Origin: Chiloscyllium plagiosum | Lineage: Eukaryota | Reading direction: 5' to 3' | Length of the DNA: 64,000 nucleotides | NCBI RefSeq assembly: GCF_004010195.1 | Contig: NC_057720.1 | Coordinates: forward strand, 30,041,829 to 30,105,828 | Part shown: one piece after another, positions 1 to 13,608 of the stretch | Numbering within the stretch: position 1 is the first letter of the stretch | How the letters are laid out: each line of letters starts with the position of its first letter | Translations under genes and position numbers: made by a program | The notes under the pieces: model-generated | Told to the model about the DNA's origin: nothing | What the model saw: the letters and a program-made list of their open reading frames with translations, nothing else | Databases searched by the model: none

Positions 1-2339
1 TCCTTCACTGATATGTCCAATAGCTATGTTACTGAAAACTGATACAAAGATTTGACTGAAACAAAGGAAGATTTATGTCTTAGGCAAGCTGAAACATACT
101 GTTTATACCAAATGTTTCTTATCCTTTAAAGGCACAGCTTTCTACTGAGGTATGCTCCTATGGGTACTGGCAATCTCCTGGCTCCCATTTTTCATGCATA
201 GTTTTTGACAAGTTTCAAAAAACATTTGACTTAAGCATAAGGCTATTATTTGACACCCAAGTTCAAAATTTATGAAAAGGACCATTGGACTTTATCATAA
301 ACAAGCTCTTGGGTTTCTCACTGTTTTACTATTCCCTTTGTCAGGAAGAATGGATATGAATTGTGGTGCTCAGATTTGGCCTGGCTGAGATCAGCTAATT
401 TAGCAAAGATAGGAATTGAATCACTATATTCCTAACACATTGTTATGAAGATGTGTTACGTAAAGTATTAATTGTACAGTCAACCCTCTATCCGCAAGGG
501 TTCCACTTCTGAAATGCCATGCGAATGATGAAATTCACAGGTATACAGTTCATTACAAATAGATTAATAATCACGGACATGCAATTTTTGCCTGATGTTG
601 ATTTTTGTTGTTACTAGGTGAATTTGCTATTTGTGATTTTGTGGATACAGTGCATTTACTGTACATCTTGAATGTTTTGGAAAGAACACTTTGGAAAGTA
701 AAAGACACAGGCTGCAGCAATTATAAGGTTGCATTTTCATGGAACAAGGTGCTTGGATGGAGACACCAAGATGATAACATTCAGAGATTAGGTTTCATTT
801 GTAAAAAAGTATACTGGATTTGATCTCGAAACAAAGTCCCAGATAGCTTCCCAGAACAACAGCTTTTGCCCTCACACCCTCTTTTTCGGAATTCCTTAAG
901 TTTCAGAGTTGACATTCCAACTGGAAGACCTCATTACCACAACTGGAGTGTTCTTAGAAAAAAGGGAGAATTTGGAATCAACACTACTGTCCAGCACAAA
1001 CTCAGAGAGACTTGATGGGCTGAATAGTGTACTTCTGCTTCTACATCTTATGCTCTTATATTGTTCTAGACAACTGTTCTAAATATACTCTATGATTCCT
1101 TCCCCAGCCAATTTAATTCCTTAAATTTACCTAACGATTAAAATTATCCATGATTAATGTGCTTCTTTTTTACATACCCCAATTAATTGTCCAATAGTAT
1201 GGCTACTGTTGGGAGGAGGGAGATATACTACTCCTACCAGTGTCCTTTTCCCCTTGCTATTTCTTACCTCCACCATATGGATTCTATATCATTCACTCCA
1301 GCCTCATTTCTTGCAATCATACTTACTTCGTCTCGTACAACAAAGCTACACCCCACATTTCCCTTTCCACTTGTCCATTTAAAAAAGTCACATATCCCTA
1401 AATATTTAGTTCTCAGCTCTGATCCCCTTGTAACCATGTGGCTGTAAGATCATACCAAGTAACCTCTATTTGTGACATTAATTCATTTATTTTATTCTGA
1501 ATACTGAGCAGTTGAGCTGATAATTTTGCCTTTATGATTTCTTCCTTTTTGATCCTATATGTTGTGTGGAACATGACTTCAGCTACAGGTGCCAAAAAAG
1601 AAACCTGCAGTTGCTGTAAATCAGAGACAAAACATCAGTTCTGAGGATGGGTCACTTGATTCAAATCGTTAATGCTGATCTCTCTCCACAGATGCTGCCA
1701 CACTTGCTGAGTTTTTCCAACAATTTCTGTTTTTGTCAGCGACAGATGCATTTGGGATCATTTGAGAGTCATGCTTTTTGTTGAATTAAATGGTTAGTTG
1801 GAAAAAGTGCCATCTCACCAAGAGTTTCTACCACTAAACTACATTTTACTACTCTTCTGATCTTTTGCACTTCCAAAGCAACATTTGCCTCCCTTTCCCA
1901 CAAGAAAATTTAAACTCTCTTGCACTCAAGGACCCATTACAGAGAACTACATAACAGACATCACTAAAAACAACAAGTTTCATATTCCTGGCATCTCTCA
2001 ATGATGGAACCTTCAAAACATAATGCATCATTTACATTTTTTTAAAAATGTTTTGCTTGCCTGAATAATATTTTCACTTCGCAATTTTTCATAAATGCAT
2101 TCAACTCTAATATTTCAAAATTCTGATCTGGCCTTGTTTGGGTGCCTAGCAAATTCAGCTCTCCAACTCAACTTTGCAATTTCTCCATTTCAGTTTTCAA
2201 ACCATTGTATCTTTTTGCGAGGCTCTGCATTGACTGAAGCAATGAGGCTAACATTTTCCAATACGATTTCAAATACAAAGTGGCATTTGATCCATTCTAC
2301 ATGATTTCCAATCTGATATACTGAAAGTTCTGGATCCAC

Positions 2340-2825
2340 TTTGCTCACTGAGCTGGAAGGTTCATTTTCCAAATGTTTCGTCCATACTAGGTAACACCTT
2401 CAGTGAGCCTCCGGACGAAGCACTGCTGATGATTCCTGCTTTCTATTTATATGTTTGGGTTGGTGATGTCATTTCCTGTGGTGATGCCATTTCCTGTTCT
2501 TTTTCGCAGGGGGTGGTAAATAGGGCCCATGTCAATGTGTTTGTTGATAGAGTTCCGGTTAGAATACCATGCTTCTAGGAATTCTCGTGCGTGTCTCTGT
2601 TTGGCTTGTCCGAGGATGGATGTGTTGTCCCAGTCAAAGTGGTGTCCTTCCTTATCTGTATGTAAGGATACTAGAGAGAGAGGGTCAACTAGCCACAAAA
2701 CGCCATGGCCCTCTCTCTAGTATCCTTACAGATAAGAAAGGACACCACTTGAATGTGTTGTCCCAGTCGAAGTGGTGTCCTTCCTCATCTTTACGTAAGG
2801 ATACTAAAGAGAGAGAGAGGGTCAG
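2340..2825 (-). mobile_element. Penelope-like 3' fragment with an internal fold-back rearrangement
   Basis: HHFDWDNTSILGQAKQRHAREFLEAWYS...INKHID is homologous to 32340-32470. Confidence 0.85.
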
Positions 2826-2828
2826 AAA

Positions 2829-2950
2829 GAAGGGCTTATGCCCGAAATGTCGATTCTCCTGCTCCTTGGATGCTGCCTGACCTACTGCGCTTTTCCAGTA
2901 ACACATTTTTCAGCTCTGATCTCCATCATCTGCAGTCCTCACTTTCTCCA
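2829..2950 (+). mobile_element. Same short element family, 5'-clipped, abutting the Penelope fragment
   Basis: gaagggcttatgcccgaaatgtcgattctcctgctccttggatgctgcctgacc...gtcctcactttctcc. Confidence 0.8.
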
Positions 2951-4354
2951 TACTATGTTCTACACCCTCCCACCACCAAGAAAGCCCACTGAATCACATT
3001 CCTAGCAGACACCTAATTGAATACCTTCCCTTTTGGCACACTTTATCCTGGGACAACAATGTCCTGTCCCGCCTGGAGATTCTGGCCAATCAGAGGCTGT
3101 GGTTGCTGGCAGAACCCCACCATCAGAAAGAGGATCAGCATGGAGACAGTTAGGCTATTGTGTGTGGTGGGGTTTATAGGACTGGAGGCAAGGGCTCAGA
3201 AACCAGGCAAGAGGTTAAAGCTCTCAGAGGTCCCCACTGCCCTTAACCTGACATAAGTGAATGCAGAGTGAGGAATTCTCACTGCCCGCCCTCCCAAACT
3301 GACACCATGCCCACACTGGTCACCATGTCAGATAGGCTGGCTTTTGTACCTGAAGTACCTGAAGCCCAGTTTGGAGGAGGCCTTCATACGGCCCTAACAG
3401 AGAGCATGTCAGGAAGGTTCCCACTAGAGAACATTATTTCAGACTACGTGGGGACAGAATGGGTATTTCCCCAGTGCTATCTCACTGTAGGGATGTCTGA
3501 GGCTTGATGGAACAAGGAACAGGTAGTGGATACATTTATTGGATGAGGATTGGTAATATAAATATGGGGAAACTAATAATCACCCCTTCCTGTGATTTCT
3601 CAGGTGAGAAAGAAACACTGCCTTCACAGTGACAGTGGAAGAGTGGGACGTGGAACTAGTTCATCTCTCCTAACAGGTCATCATAACATTTCACTAACAT
3701 TTAACAGCATGGCAAATACCACCTGCCCAGAAAACAACATAGCATGAAAAATCAGCCTGTCTTTTCAGTCAAAAAACAAAAAGCCATATCAAAAAATATG
3801 GGTTACTCCACAGCATCAGTTAGCTCAGAATGCTTGGAAGCTGAGAGTTACAGTTACATAAATTCTATTAAGATTTAAACGTCCTCAATAAAAACAGACG
3901 CTTAAAAAGATACTTTATGCCAAGATCAGACAAAATGGAATAGAATAATAGGAAGGAAGGAAAAAGGGCAGGAATATGGGGAGCAAGCTGAGGAATGAAG
4001 ACCTGGTTCAGGTGAGATGGCCAAATGGTTCCCATCTATGCTATGCTATTTGAATTCTAAAGTACATCCTTCCAAAAGGTAGAACCATCGAGGACCTGTT
4101 GTGTTTTAACATTTCTTCTCTCTGCTCCTTCTGATTATTAATAAACTCACTGTATGGCCAGCCTCCTCCAGCAGCTGTTTGGTTTCCATTACTGCACGTT
4201 TCATGCTGGCATTGGGAATCCAAAACTCGTCACTCTCATAATAACCTATCCTCAATGGTTTAGAGCTGGAAAACACCTAAAATGAAAGAACATAAATCAA
4301 ATGAAAGTGATAGTTACATACTGAGCAGAACAGTTGAGAGCTGTGCAAGCATAT

Positions 4355-4680
4355 TTTAATTTTTTATTCATTCATGGGACAAGGGCATCACTGGCTAGGC
4401 CAGCAATTATAGCCCAAAGGGCAATTAAGAGTCAACCACATGGCTGTGGGCCAGACCAGGAAGGATGGCAGATTTCCTTCCCTAAAGGATGTTCGGTGAA
4501 TCAGGTGGGGTTTTCCCTGACAATTGACAATAGATTCATGGTCATCATTAATTCCAGATTTTTTTTTTATTGAATTCAAATGCCACCATCTGCCATGGCA
4601 GGTTTCAAAAGCCAGGTCCTCAGGACATTACCTGGGTCTCTCAGTTAACAGTCCAGCAATAATACGACAAAGCAGTCACC
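4355..4680 (-). mobile_element. Deu-type SINE (SacSINE1-like)
   Basis: Reverse complement matches 48674-49025 (tttagggaaggaaatctgccatcc...atgtggttgactcttaattgccc). Confidence 0.65.
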
Positions 4681-5547
4681 TCCTCTATCGAATTTTTAGC
4701 AGAGCTGGGTCAATGGCTTTGAATTCTAAGGAGAACTGAGATAGAGGCTTGGATTTTCATGCATGTCAAATAAAAGACATGAAGATGACGTTAAAAGTTA
4801 TAAGCAGGCCCAATTCTGGGATTTCTAACCCCATTCCATTTTTGATAATAAGAGTGTAGATCATGAGCCTGCACTCCTGCCCTGGTCAGTTGCATTGAAA
4901 AATTCCCAAAGAATCCATTAAGTGTCAAAATAATCATACAGTCATTAAGATGGTTTTATACAGTTGGACTCCGTATGAATGTTTCGCTGAGTTCCAAGAA
5001 TGACTCTGCAGGGGTCAGTTTACACAACTGCATTGGTTGATAAATAGCTACATAACCTTCTCAAAATTAAAAGAAATATCAATTTATAAGTTTTTCAATG
5101 CCCATGCATTTTTTTTGGAACAAGATTAAAATAGCCTGAATATGAAATTCAATGCTTATGTTTCATTCACAGCTTGGTGAGAACCTAACAGGGGCAATAT
5201 TATGTGTTAGTATATGGTTCAATGGTACTGGGCAAGTAGGCATACAAGATATCAAGGAGCATCTTATATGTTGTTGCCTATGACATTGAGCTTTTGGAGG
5301 ATTATTCGCTGTGAGACCTAGTGAAATCCCTTAGCACACTTGATTTAATTGGAACACAATTATACAAAACAAGCAAGAATTATTTTATACAGAGTGTGCC
5401 TATAAGAAATTCTAATCTGCACTTCACTATAGTCTGCTTGTTAAAATAAATGGATACAAAATCATGGTATATATTGGAATTATAAATAATATAAAGTCCT
5501 ATGTTGAGACCACAATTCATAACATTTCCCTTAGATCTGTTCTAGAA

Positions 5548-5752
5548 GTAGAATCATAGAATCCTTAAAGAGGCCATTTAGCCCATCGAGCCTATATCTA
5601 CTCTCGGAAGAACATCTCACCCAGATCCAGACCCCAACCCTATTCCTGTAATCCCACATTTTATCATGGCTAATCCACCTAAACTGCACATCCCTGGACA
5701 CCTCGGAAAATTTATCATGGCCAATCCACCCAACCTGCACATCTTTGGACTA
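5548..5752 (-). mobile_element. V-SINE 3' half
   Basis: Tail and part of the core (catggccaatccacccaacctgcacatctttggact). Confidence 0.75.
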
Positions 5753-5989
5753 GTAAGCTAACCTGGAAGTGTTAGGCACTGAAAATGTCAAAAAAATCAT
5801 TTATTTAACAGTAGCCTAACTCACCTTGAGCCACAATTATTGATGGTCCATCACAATAAATCCCTCTTATTCTAAAGGGATCAGAAGCTTTGGAAATTCT
5901 TTTGGATGACGTGGGGTGGAGGCAAGAGGGGGGGAACAGGAGGAAAGACAAAAGGATAAGATAAAAGTACAGTTCAACTCACACATTAC

Positions 5990-6114
5990 CTCATCATTGA
6001 AGGGAATAGGTGGTACAGTGGGATCCAACAGGAACATATCTTCACATAACAGAGCTCTCATGCACAATGCCAAACTATCCACATTCCTGGCCATTGGGCC
6101 AACTGCCGCATCAA
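5990..6114 (-). CDS. FAAH-like copy B, exon 7 (gene presumably continues beyond the left edge)
   Basis: ttttag|(V)DAAVGPMARNVDSLALCMRALLCEDMFLLDPTVPPIPFNDE|gtaat. 125 nt, GPMAR.V motif. I saw no exon 8 in 1-5989. Confidence 0.95.
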
Positions 6115-6419
6115 CTAAAAAGAAAATAAAGGGAAAGATTGTATTTTTTTAAAAATCCCTTGCATTCTACCATGACAGTTGGCTATCTTTCTCTTCTCCA
6201 TTTCTGTCTTTCAATTAGTTTGGAAAACTAATGATGTCGTTTCAAGTATTTCATTTGCCGTTTTTCCTCTTCCATCTGGTGTCCACTCATTTTGGGACAG
6301 GGGAACCATTTCCCAAATACTGGAAGTTCTTTGGCTGAAGTATATTCAAAGATAAAAGTGTTTAGAGAAGGAACAACCTGAGACTCAATAAACATTCACT
6401 AGAGTCAGGAATGTATAAC

Positions 6420-9400
6420 TCCACTCAAGTGAGGTGAGGTATCTCAAGGACACCTGGTCCAAATGTATAGGTTCAATCAGAATTTATCACTCAGGAATCC
6501 ATGCAAGTTGACAAATCAAGGGAAGGAACTGTCTTCACGTGCTTATGGACATGGTGCCAATCAAGTGGACTGCTTTGCCCTGGATAATGTCAAGCTTCTT
6601 GAGTGTTGCTGGAACTGCACCCATCTAGGCAAGTGAGGAGTATTCCATCAGACTCCTGATTTTTCGATGATGGACAGGCTTTGAGGAGTTAGGAGGTGAG
6701 TTACTCACTGCAGTATTCCTAGCCTCTGACTTGCTCTTGCAGCCACTGTCTTTCTGGTTAATGGTAAATCCCAGGATGTTGATAGTATGGAATTCAGTGA
6801 TGGCCATTGAACATCAAGGGAGGATGGTTAGACTGTCTTTTATTGGAGATGGTCATTGTCTGTCATTTGTGTGGAACAAATGTTACTTGTCGCTCGTCAG
6901 CCCAAACCTAGTTACTGTCCAGGTCTTGTTACAATTGAACATGCACTGCTACAGTATCAATCAGCAAACATCCCCACTTCTGACCTTATGAAGAAGGGAA
7001 GGTCTTTAACAGCATAGAGTCATAGAGATGTACAGCAATGGAAACAGACGCTTCGGTCCAACCCGTCCATGCTGACCAGATATCCCAACACAATCTAGTC
7101 CCACCTGCCAGCACCTGGCCCATATCCCTCCAAACCCTTCCTATTCATATACCCATCCAAATGCCTCTTAAACGTTGCAATTGTACCAGCCTCCACATCA
7201 TCCTCTGGCAGCTCATTCCATACACATACCACCCTCTGCATGAAAAAGTTACCCCTTAGGTCTCTTTTATATCTTTCCCCTCTCACCCAAAACCTATGCC
7301 CTCTAGTTCTGGACTCCCCGACCCCAGGGAAAAGAGTTTGCCTATTTATCCTATCCATGCCCCTCATCATTTTGTAACCCTCTATAAGGTCACCCCTCAG
7401 CCTCCAAGGCTCCAGGGAAAACAGCCCCAGCCTGTTCAGCCTCTCCTTGCAGCTCAGATCCTCCAACCCTGACAACATCCTTGTAAATCTTTTCAGAACT
7501 CTTTCAAGTTTCACAACATCTTTCCAATAGGAAGGAGACCAGAATTGCATGCAATATTCCAACAGTGGCCTAACCAATGTCCAGTACAGCCGCAACATGA
7601 CTTCCCGACTCCTGCACTCAATACTCTGACCAATAAAGGAAAGCATACCAAAACGCCCTCTTCACTATCCTATCTACCTGCGACTCCACTTTCAAGGAGC
7701 TATGAACCTGCACTCCAAGGTCTCTTTGTTCAGCAACACTCCCTAGGACCTTACCATTAAGTGTACAAGTCCTGCTAAGATTTGCTTTCCCAAAATGCAC
7801 CACCTCTCATTTATCTGAATTAAACACATCTGCCACTTCTCAGCCCATTGGCCCATCAGGTCTAGATCCTGTTGTAATCTGAGGTAACCCTCTTCGCTGT
7901 CCACTACACCTCCAATTTTGGTGTCATCTGCAAACTTACTAATTGTACCTCATATGCTCGCATCCAAATCATTTATGTAAATGACAAAAAGTAGAGGGCC
8001 CAGCACCGATCCTTGTGGCACTCCATTGGTCAAAGGCCTCCAGTCTGAAAAACAACCCTCCACCACCACCCTCTGTCTTCTACCTTTGAGCCAGTTCTGT
8101 ATCCAAATGGCTAGTTCTCCCTGTATTCAATGAGATCTAACCTTGCTAATCAGTCTCCCATGGGGAACCTTGTCGAAAGACTTACTGAAGTCCATATTGA
8201 TCACATCAACTGCTCTGTCCTCATCAATCCTCTTTGTTACTTCTTCAAAAAACTCAAATCAAGTTTGTGAGACATGATTTCCCACCCACAAAGCCATGTT
8301 GACTATCCCAAATCAGTCCCTGCCTTTCCAAATACATGTACATTCTGTCCCTCAGGATTCCCTCCAACAACTTGCCCACCACCGAGGTCAGGCTCACCGG
8401 TCTATAGTTCCCTGGCTTGTCTTTACCGCCCTTCGTAAACAGTGGCACTATGTTTGCCAACCTCCAGTCTTCTAGCACCTCAGCTGTGACTATCGATGAT
8501 ACAAATATCTTAGCAAGAGGCCCAGCAATCATTTCTCTAGATTCCCACAGAGTTCTCGGGAACACCTGATCAGGTCCTGGGGATTTATCCATCTTTAACC
8601 ACTTCAAGACATCCAGCACTTCCTCCTCTGTAATCTGGATATTTTGCAAGATGTCACCATCTAATTCCCAACAGTCTACATCTTCCATATCCTTTTCCAC
8701 ACTAAATACTGATGCAAAATATTCATTTAGTATCTCCCCCATTTTCTGTGGCTCCACACAAAGGCCGCCTTGCTGATCTTTGAGGGGCCCTATTCTCTCC
8801 AGAGTTACCCTTTTGTCCTTAATATATTTGTAAAAGTCCTTTGGATTCTCCTTAATTCTATTTGCCAAAGCTATCTCATGTCCCCGTTTTGCCCTCCTGA
8901 TTTCCCTCCTAAGTATACTCCTACTTCCTTTATAATCTTCGAAGGATTCACTCGATCTATCCTGTCTGTCTATACCTGACATATGCTTCCTTCTTTTTTT
9001 TTTTAAACCAAACCCTCAATTTCTTTAGTCATCCAGCATTCTCTATACCCTGACAGGAATATACTTTCTCTGGATTCTCGTTCTCATTTTTGAAGGCTTC
9101 CCATTTTCCAGCCGTCCTTTTACTTGCAAACATCTGCCTCCAATCAGCTTTCGAAAGTTCTTGCCTAATACCGTCAAAATTGGCCTTTCTCCAATTTAGA
9201 ACTTCAATTTTTTAGATCTGGTCTATCCTTTTCCATCACTATTTTAAAATGAATAGAATTATGGTCGCTGGCCCCAAAGTGCTGCCCCAATGACACCTCA
9301 GTCACGTGCCCTGCCTTATTTCCTAAGAGTAGGTCAAGTTTTGCACCTTCTCTAGTAGGTACATCCACATACTGAATCAGAAAATTGTCTTGTATACACT

Positions 9401-12400
9401 TAACTTCCTCTCCATCTAAACCTTTAACACTATGGCAGTCCCAGTCGATTTTTGGCAAGTTAAAATCCACTACCATAACTACCCGATTATTCTTACAGAT
9501 AGCAGAGATCTCCTTACAAGTTTGTTTCTCAATTTCCCTCTGACTATTGGGGGGGTCTATAATACAATCCCAATAAGGTGATCATCCCTTTCTTATTTCT
9601 CAGTTCCACCTAAATGACTTCCCTGGATGTATTTCCGAGAATATCCTCCCTCAGCACAGCTATAATGCTATCCCTTATAAAAAATGCCACTCCCCTTCCT
9701 CTCTTGCCTCCCTTTCTATCCTTCCTGCAGCATTTGTATCCTGGAACACTAAGCTGCCAGTCCTGCCCATCCCTGAGCCATGTTTGTGTAATTGCTATGA
9801 TATCCCAGTCCCATGTTCCTAACCATGCCCTGAGTTCATCTGCCTTCCCTGTTAGGCCCCTTGCATGGAAATAAATGCAGTTTAATTTATTAGTCTTACC
9901 TTGTCCCTGCCTGCCCTGACTGTTTGTTTGACTCACTTCTGTTCTCAGCTATACCAGTCTCAGATCGATCTCTTTTCTCACTATCTCCCTGGGTCCCAAA
10001 CAAACTCCCCACACCAACCCCGCACCTTACTAGTTTAAATCCTCCCAAGCAGTTCCAGCAAATTTCCCTGCCAGTATATTCGTCCCCTTCCAATTTAGGT
10101 GCAATCTGTCCTTCTTATACAGGTCACTTCTACCCCAAAAGAGCTTCCAATGATCCAAAAAAGTGAATCCTTCTCCCATACACCAGCTCCTCAGCCATGC
10201 ATTCATCTGCTCTATCCTCCTATTCCTGCCCTCACTAGCTCGTAGCACCGAGAGTAATCCAGATATTACTACCCTTGAGGACCTCTTAAATTTCTGCCTA
10301 TCTCTCTATAATCTCCCTTCAGAGTCTCAACCTTTTCCCTTCCAATGTCGTTGGTTCCAATGTGGACAATGACCTCCTGCTCGCCCTTCTCCCCCGTGAG
10401 AACATTCTGCACCCTCTCCAAGACATCCTTGATCCTGGCACCAGGGAATCAACACACCATTCTGCTTTTACTCTGCTGGCCACAGAAACGTCTGTCTGTA
10501 CCTCAGACTACAGAATCCCCTAACACAATTGATCTCTTGGAAGCCGACGTACCCCTCGTTGCATTAGAGCTTGTCTCAGTACCAGAAACTTGGCTGTTCA
10601 TGCTACATTCCCCTGAGAATCCATCACCCCCTACATTTTCCAAAACAGCATACCTGTTTGAAATGAGTATATCCACAAAAGACTCCTGCCCTAGGTGCCG
10701 ACCTCTCTCACCCTTCCTGGAGCTAAACCCATCTATGTGACTGTATCTGAGACTCCCCCCCGCCTCCTCCTATAACTGCCATCAATCACATACTGTTGCT
10801 ATTGCAAATTCCTCATCGCTTCTATCTGTCTCTCCAACCAATCCACTCGATCTGATAAGATTCGCATCCAACAGCATTTATGGCAGATATAATCCACAGT
10901 AACCCTTAAACTCTCTTTAAACTCCCACATCTGACAAGAAGTACATGTCACTGTAAAGGCCATTTTTGCTCCTTCACAATCTACAGACCCAGAAAATAAC
11001 ACCATCTTATTCCTCTACAAACACTGCCCCAGGTTAAAGTAATAGCTATGGCTTATATTTAAAGTGTAAGAGACTTATCTCCAAAAAACATATAATCAAG
11101 AAAGAATTCACTGTACTCACTACTGCAGCCTCTCTCTTGGACAGACTTAAAACAACGATTAACATTATTTGATTCTGTGCTGTGAACTTTGCCCAACAGC
11201 TCCTCCAAGATTAGTTGTGAATTTCACTGTTTGTTAATTTTCCCAGATGCACTCCGATGTCGAGCGATACACGGATTCAAACGGCAAAGGCGGTAACTGC
11301 AGGTTCTCTCTCTCGCTCTCTCTCCCCTGCACTGTCCTCACCATGTGCTTCCTTTGTCTGCTCTTCTCCCTTTTAAAACTGCTGTTGCTTTGACTTTTTC
11401 TTCCAGGGTTCCAAAACAATGCAACAGCTTATAAAACAGTAATTGCTGCTCCTGGAATTCAAGGAAATCACCTCCAACACCTGAAATACCTCAAAAATAA
11501 AAAGGAGCAGCTCTTACAGCCAGAAATTTTTCCGCATCCTCCATCTTGGATTACCCAACTGAAGATAGATGAGCCACAGGCACTACCCTGAAGAATTCCT
11601 GCAAATGTTCCTGGAACAGAGATGACTGACTTCCAACAACCACATGCATGTTCCTATATGCCAGACATGACATCAACAGTGGAGGGTTTGCCCCAAATAC
11701 ACACCTACTCCAAATTTCGTAGGGCTCCTTGATGCCACACTGACAACCCTTGATGTCAAGGCTGCGTTTAACACTCTCACCTCCCCTCTGGAATTCAGCT
11801 CTTTGGTCTATGTTTGAACCAAGGTTACAATGATGTCAGGTGGTGAGTGGCTTTGGCGAAGCCCAAGCTGGGGTTCACTGAACAGATTATCTCTGAGCAG
11901 GTGCTGCTTGATAGCAATGTTGGTGACACCTTAAATCACTTAACTGATGATTAAGTCATTATAGGGATGATTGAGACTGTTAGGGCAATTATTAGGCAGG
12001 TTGGATTTGTCCTGCTTTTTGAGTAAAGGGCGTACTTAGGAAATTTTCCATATTCCACAACATGCCAGTGTTGTAGCTGTACTGGATTGACTTGGATAGG
12101 TGTATGGCAAGTTCAGGAGCATGTGTCTTTGGTACTATAGATGGAATGCTGTCAGGGCCCTTAGCCTTTGCAGTATCCAGTGCCTCCAATAGTTTCTTGA
12201 TATCCTGTGGAGTGAATTGAATCGGCTGAAGACTGGTATCTTTAATGCTGGGACTACTGGAGGAGGCCGGAATGGATCATCCACTCCACTTCTGGCTGAC
12301 AACTGTTGCAAACATGTCAGCCTTATCTTTTTGCACTTGTGTGCTGGGCTCTTCCATCATTGAGGGGGGAAGTACTTATGGAGCCTCCTCCTCCATCATG

Positions 12401-12550
12401 TTGTCTAATTGTCTACCATCATTCACAATTCAATGTGACAGGACTGCAGAACTTAGATGTGATCTGTTGGTTGGGAGATTGCATAGCTGTGTCTATTAAT
12501 TGCTGCTTATGCTGTTTGCAATGCAAGTAGTCCTGTTTGGCAGCTTTATA
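6420..12550 (-). mobile_element. Older CR1/Jockey-group LINE, split into 6420-7010 and 11560-12550 by the CR1 above
   Basis: Degenerate RT peptide LDTAKAKGPDSIP...APELA (11992-12189). The sequence reads through across the CR1 insertion. The same family recurs at ~38750-38980, 39870-40480, 49590-51040 and 61935-62500. Confidence 0.75.
7013..11556 (-). mobile_element. Near full-length CR1 LINE (5' UTR, ORF1, ORF2 APE+RT), disrupted by frameshifts and stops
   Basis: ORF1 has a Cys finger (CTSC...CHKC, ~10800-10965) and an esterase-like part (MNAWLRSWC...DRLHLNWKG). ORF2 has APE (NCIYFHARGL...WDIIAITQTW, SDHN), RT (KSPGPD, NYRPVSLTSVVGK) and a C-terminus (LVRPLLEYC.QFWSP). Ends in a (CTATGACT)-type 3' tail. 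Confidence 0.95.
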
Positions 12551-12564
12551 GTAGATTGGTGAGT

Positions 12565-12950
12565 TATAGATTCATATAGCACAGAAACAGACCCTTCAGT
12601 CCAACTCATCTGCACCGACCAGATATCCCAATGTGACCTGGTCCGATTTGTCAGGATTTGCCTTATATCCCTCTAAACCCATCCTATTCATCTACAAATC
12701 ATTTTAAATGTTGTAATTGTACCAGCCTCCACTATTCCTTCTGGCAACTCATTCCTTACATGCACCATCCTCTGCATGAAAAAGTTACCCCTCAGGTCCT
12801 TTTTAAATTTTTCCCCTCTCACCTTAAACCTATGCCCTCTCAATTTGGACTCTTTTCCTCCCCCAACCAAGGAAAAAGATCTTGGCTATTCACATTTTCC
12901 TGCCCTTCATGATTTTATATACCTCCATAAAAGTCATCCTCAGCCTCCAT
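12565..12950 (-). mobile_element. CR1 3' fragment
   Basis: RGHRFKVRGEKFKKDLRGNFFMQR plus the CR1 3' UTR. Confidence 0.85.
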
Positions 12951-13278
12951 CAGTTGATCCCAAAATGAAATATTCCTACATTATATAAGAACTTACAGAT
13001 GGACCAAAGTTGTAGGGAACAGGTCCATGAAAATTCTGAGCTATGCAGATTGTCCCTTTTTACCAACATCAAAAAGGCTCCTCAAAGTAGGTTCTACACC
13101 TAATTAAAACCAAAGAACATAAAGCTTTTTGCATAGTATGCATAAACTGCAGCAATGTGGTGGCTGAAATGTTGCTAGATGCTTAATTGTTGACTCATTC
13201 ATTTTCTAAAATGAGTTACTTCCACTCTATTGCGCTCTGTCAGTCTTCCATATAAATGAAAAAAGATCAGGATGTTCC

Positions 13279-13505
13279 TGCAGTGATTGTAACGAGGTCA
13301 GCCAAGTGTACTTCATAGAACATGAGTTCCCCGATTGGACCGGATTAACATCCTTAATCAGGGAACCCTGGCTGACCAGGTAAGAACAGGAGTGTCCAGT
13401 ATCCTGTTCACTCAGAGCTGGCCATGAGGGAGCTGGATCAGCGTCAATGACTCTCCATGTGTAAGTAAAGGGTGAGTTGGTGACAGGATACCAGCCTGTG
13501 TTTCA
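13279..13505 (+). mobile_element. Solo LTR (227 bp)
   Basis: TG...CA ends with a perfect 5-bp TSD GTTCC (13274-13278, 13506-13510). AGTAAA polyA-like motif near the 3' end. Confidence 0.8.
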
Positions 13506-13608
13506 GTTCCTATAATATTATGATGCATGATCTGCAGAGGAAAATCTTCCTCAACCAGGTACTTTGGAAATAATTTGTCCCCTTGATCAGCCATTGCTAG
13601 AGTCAGGA

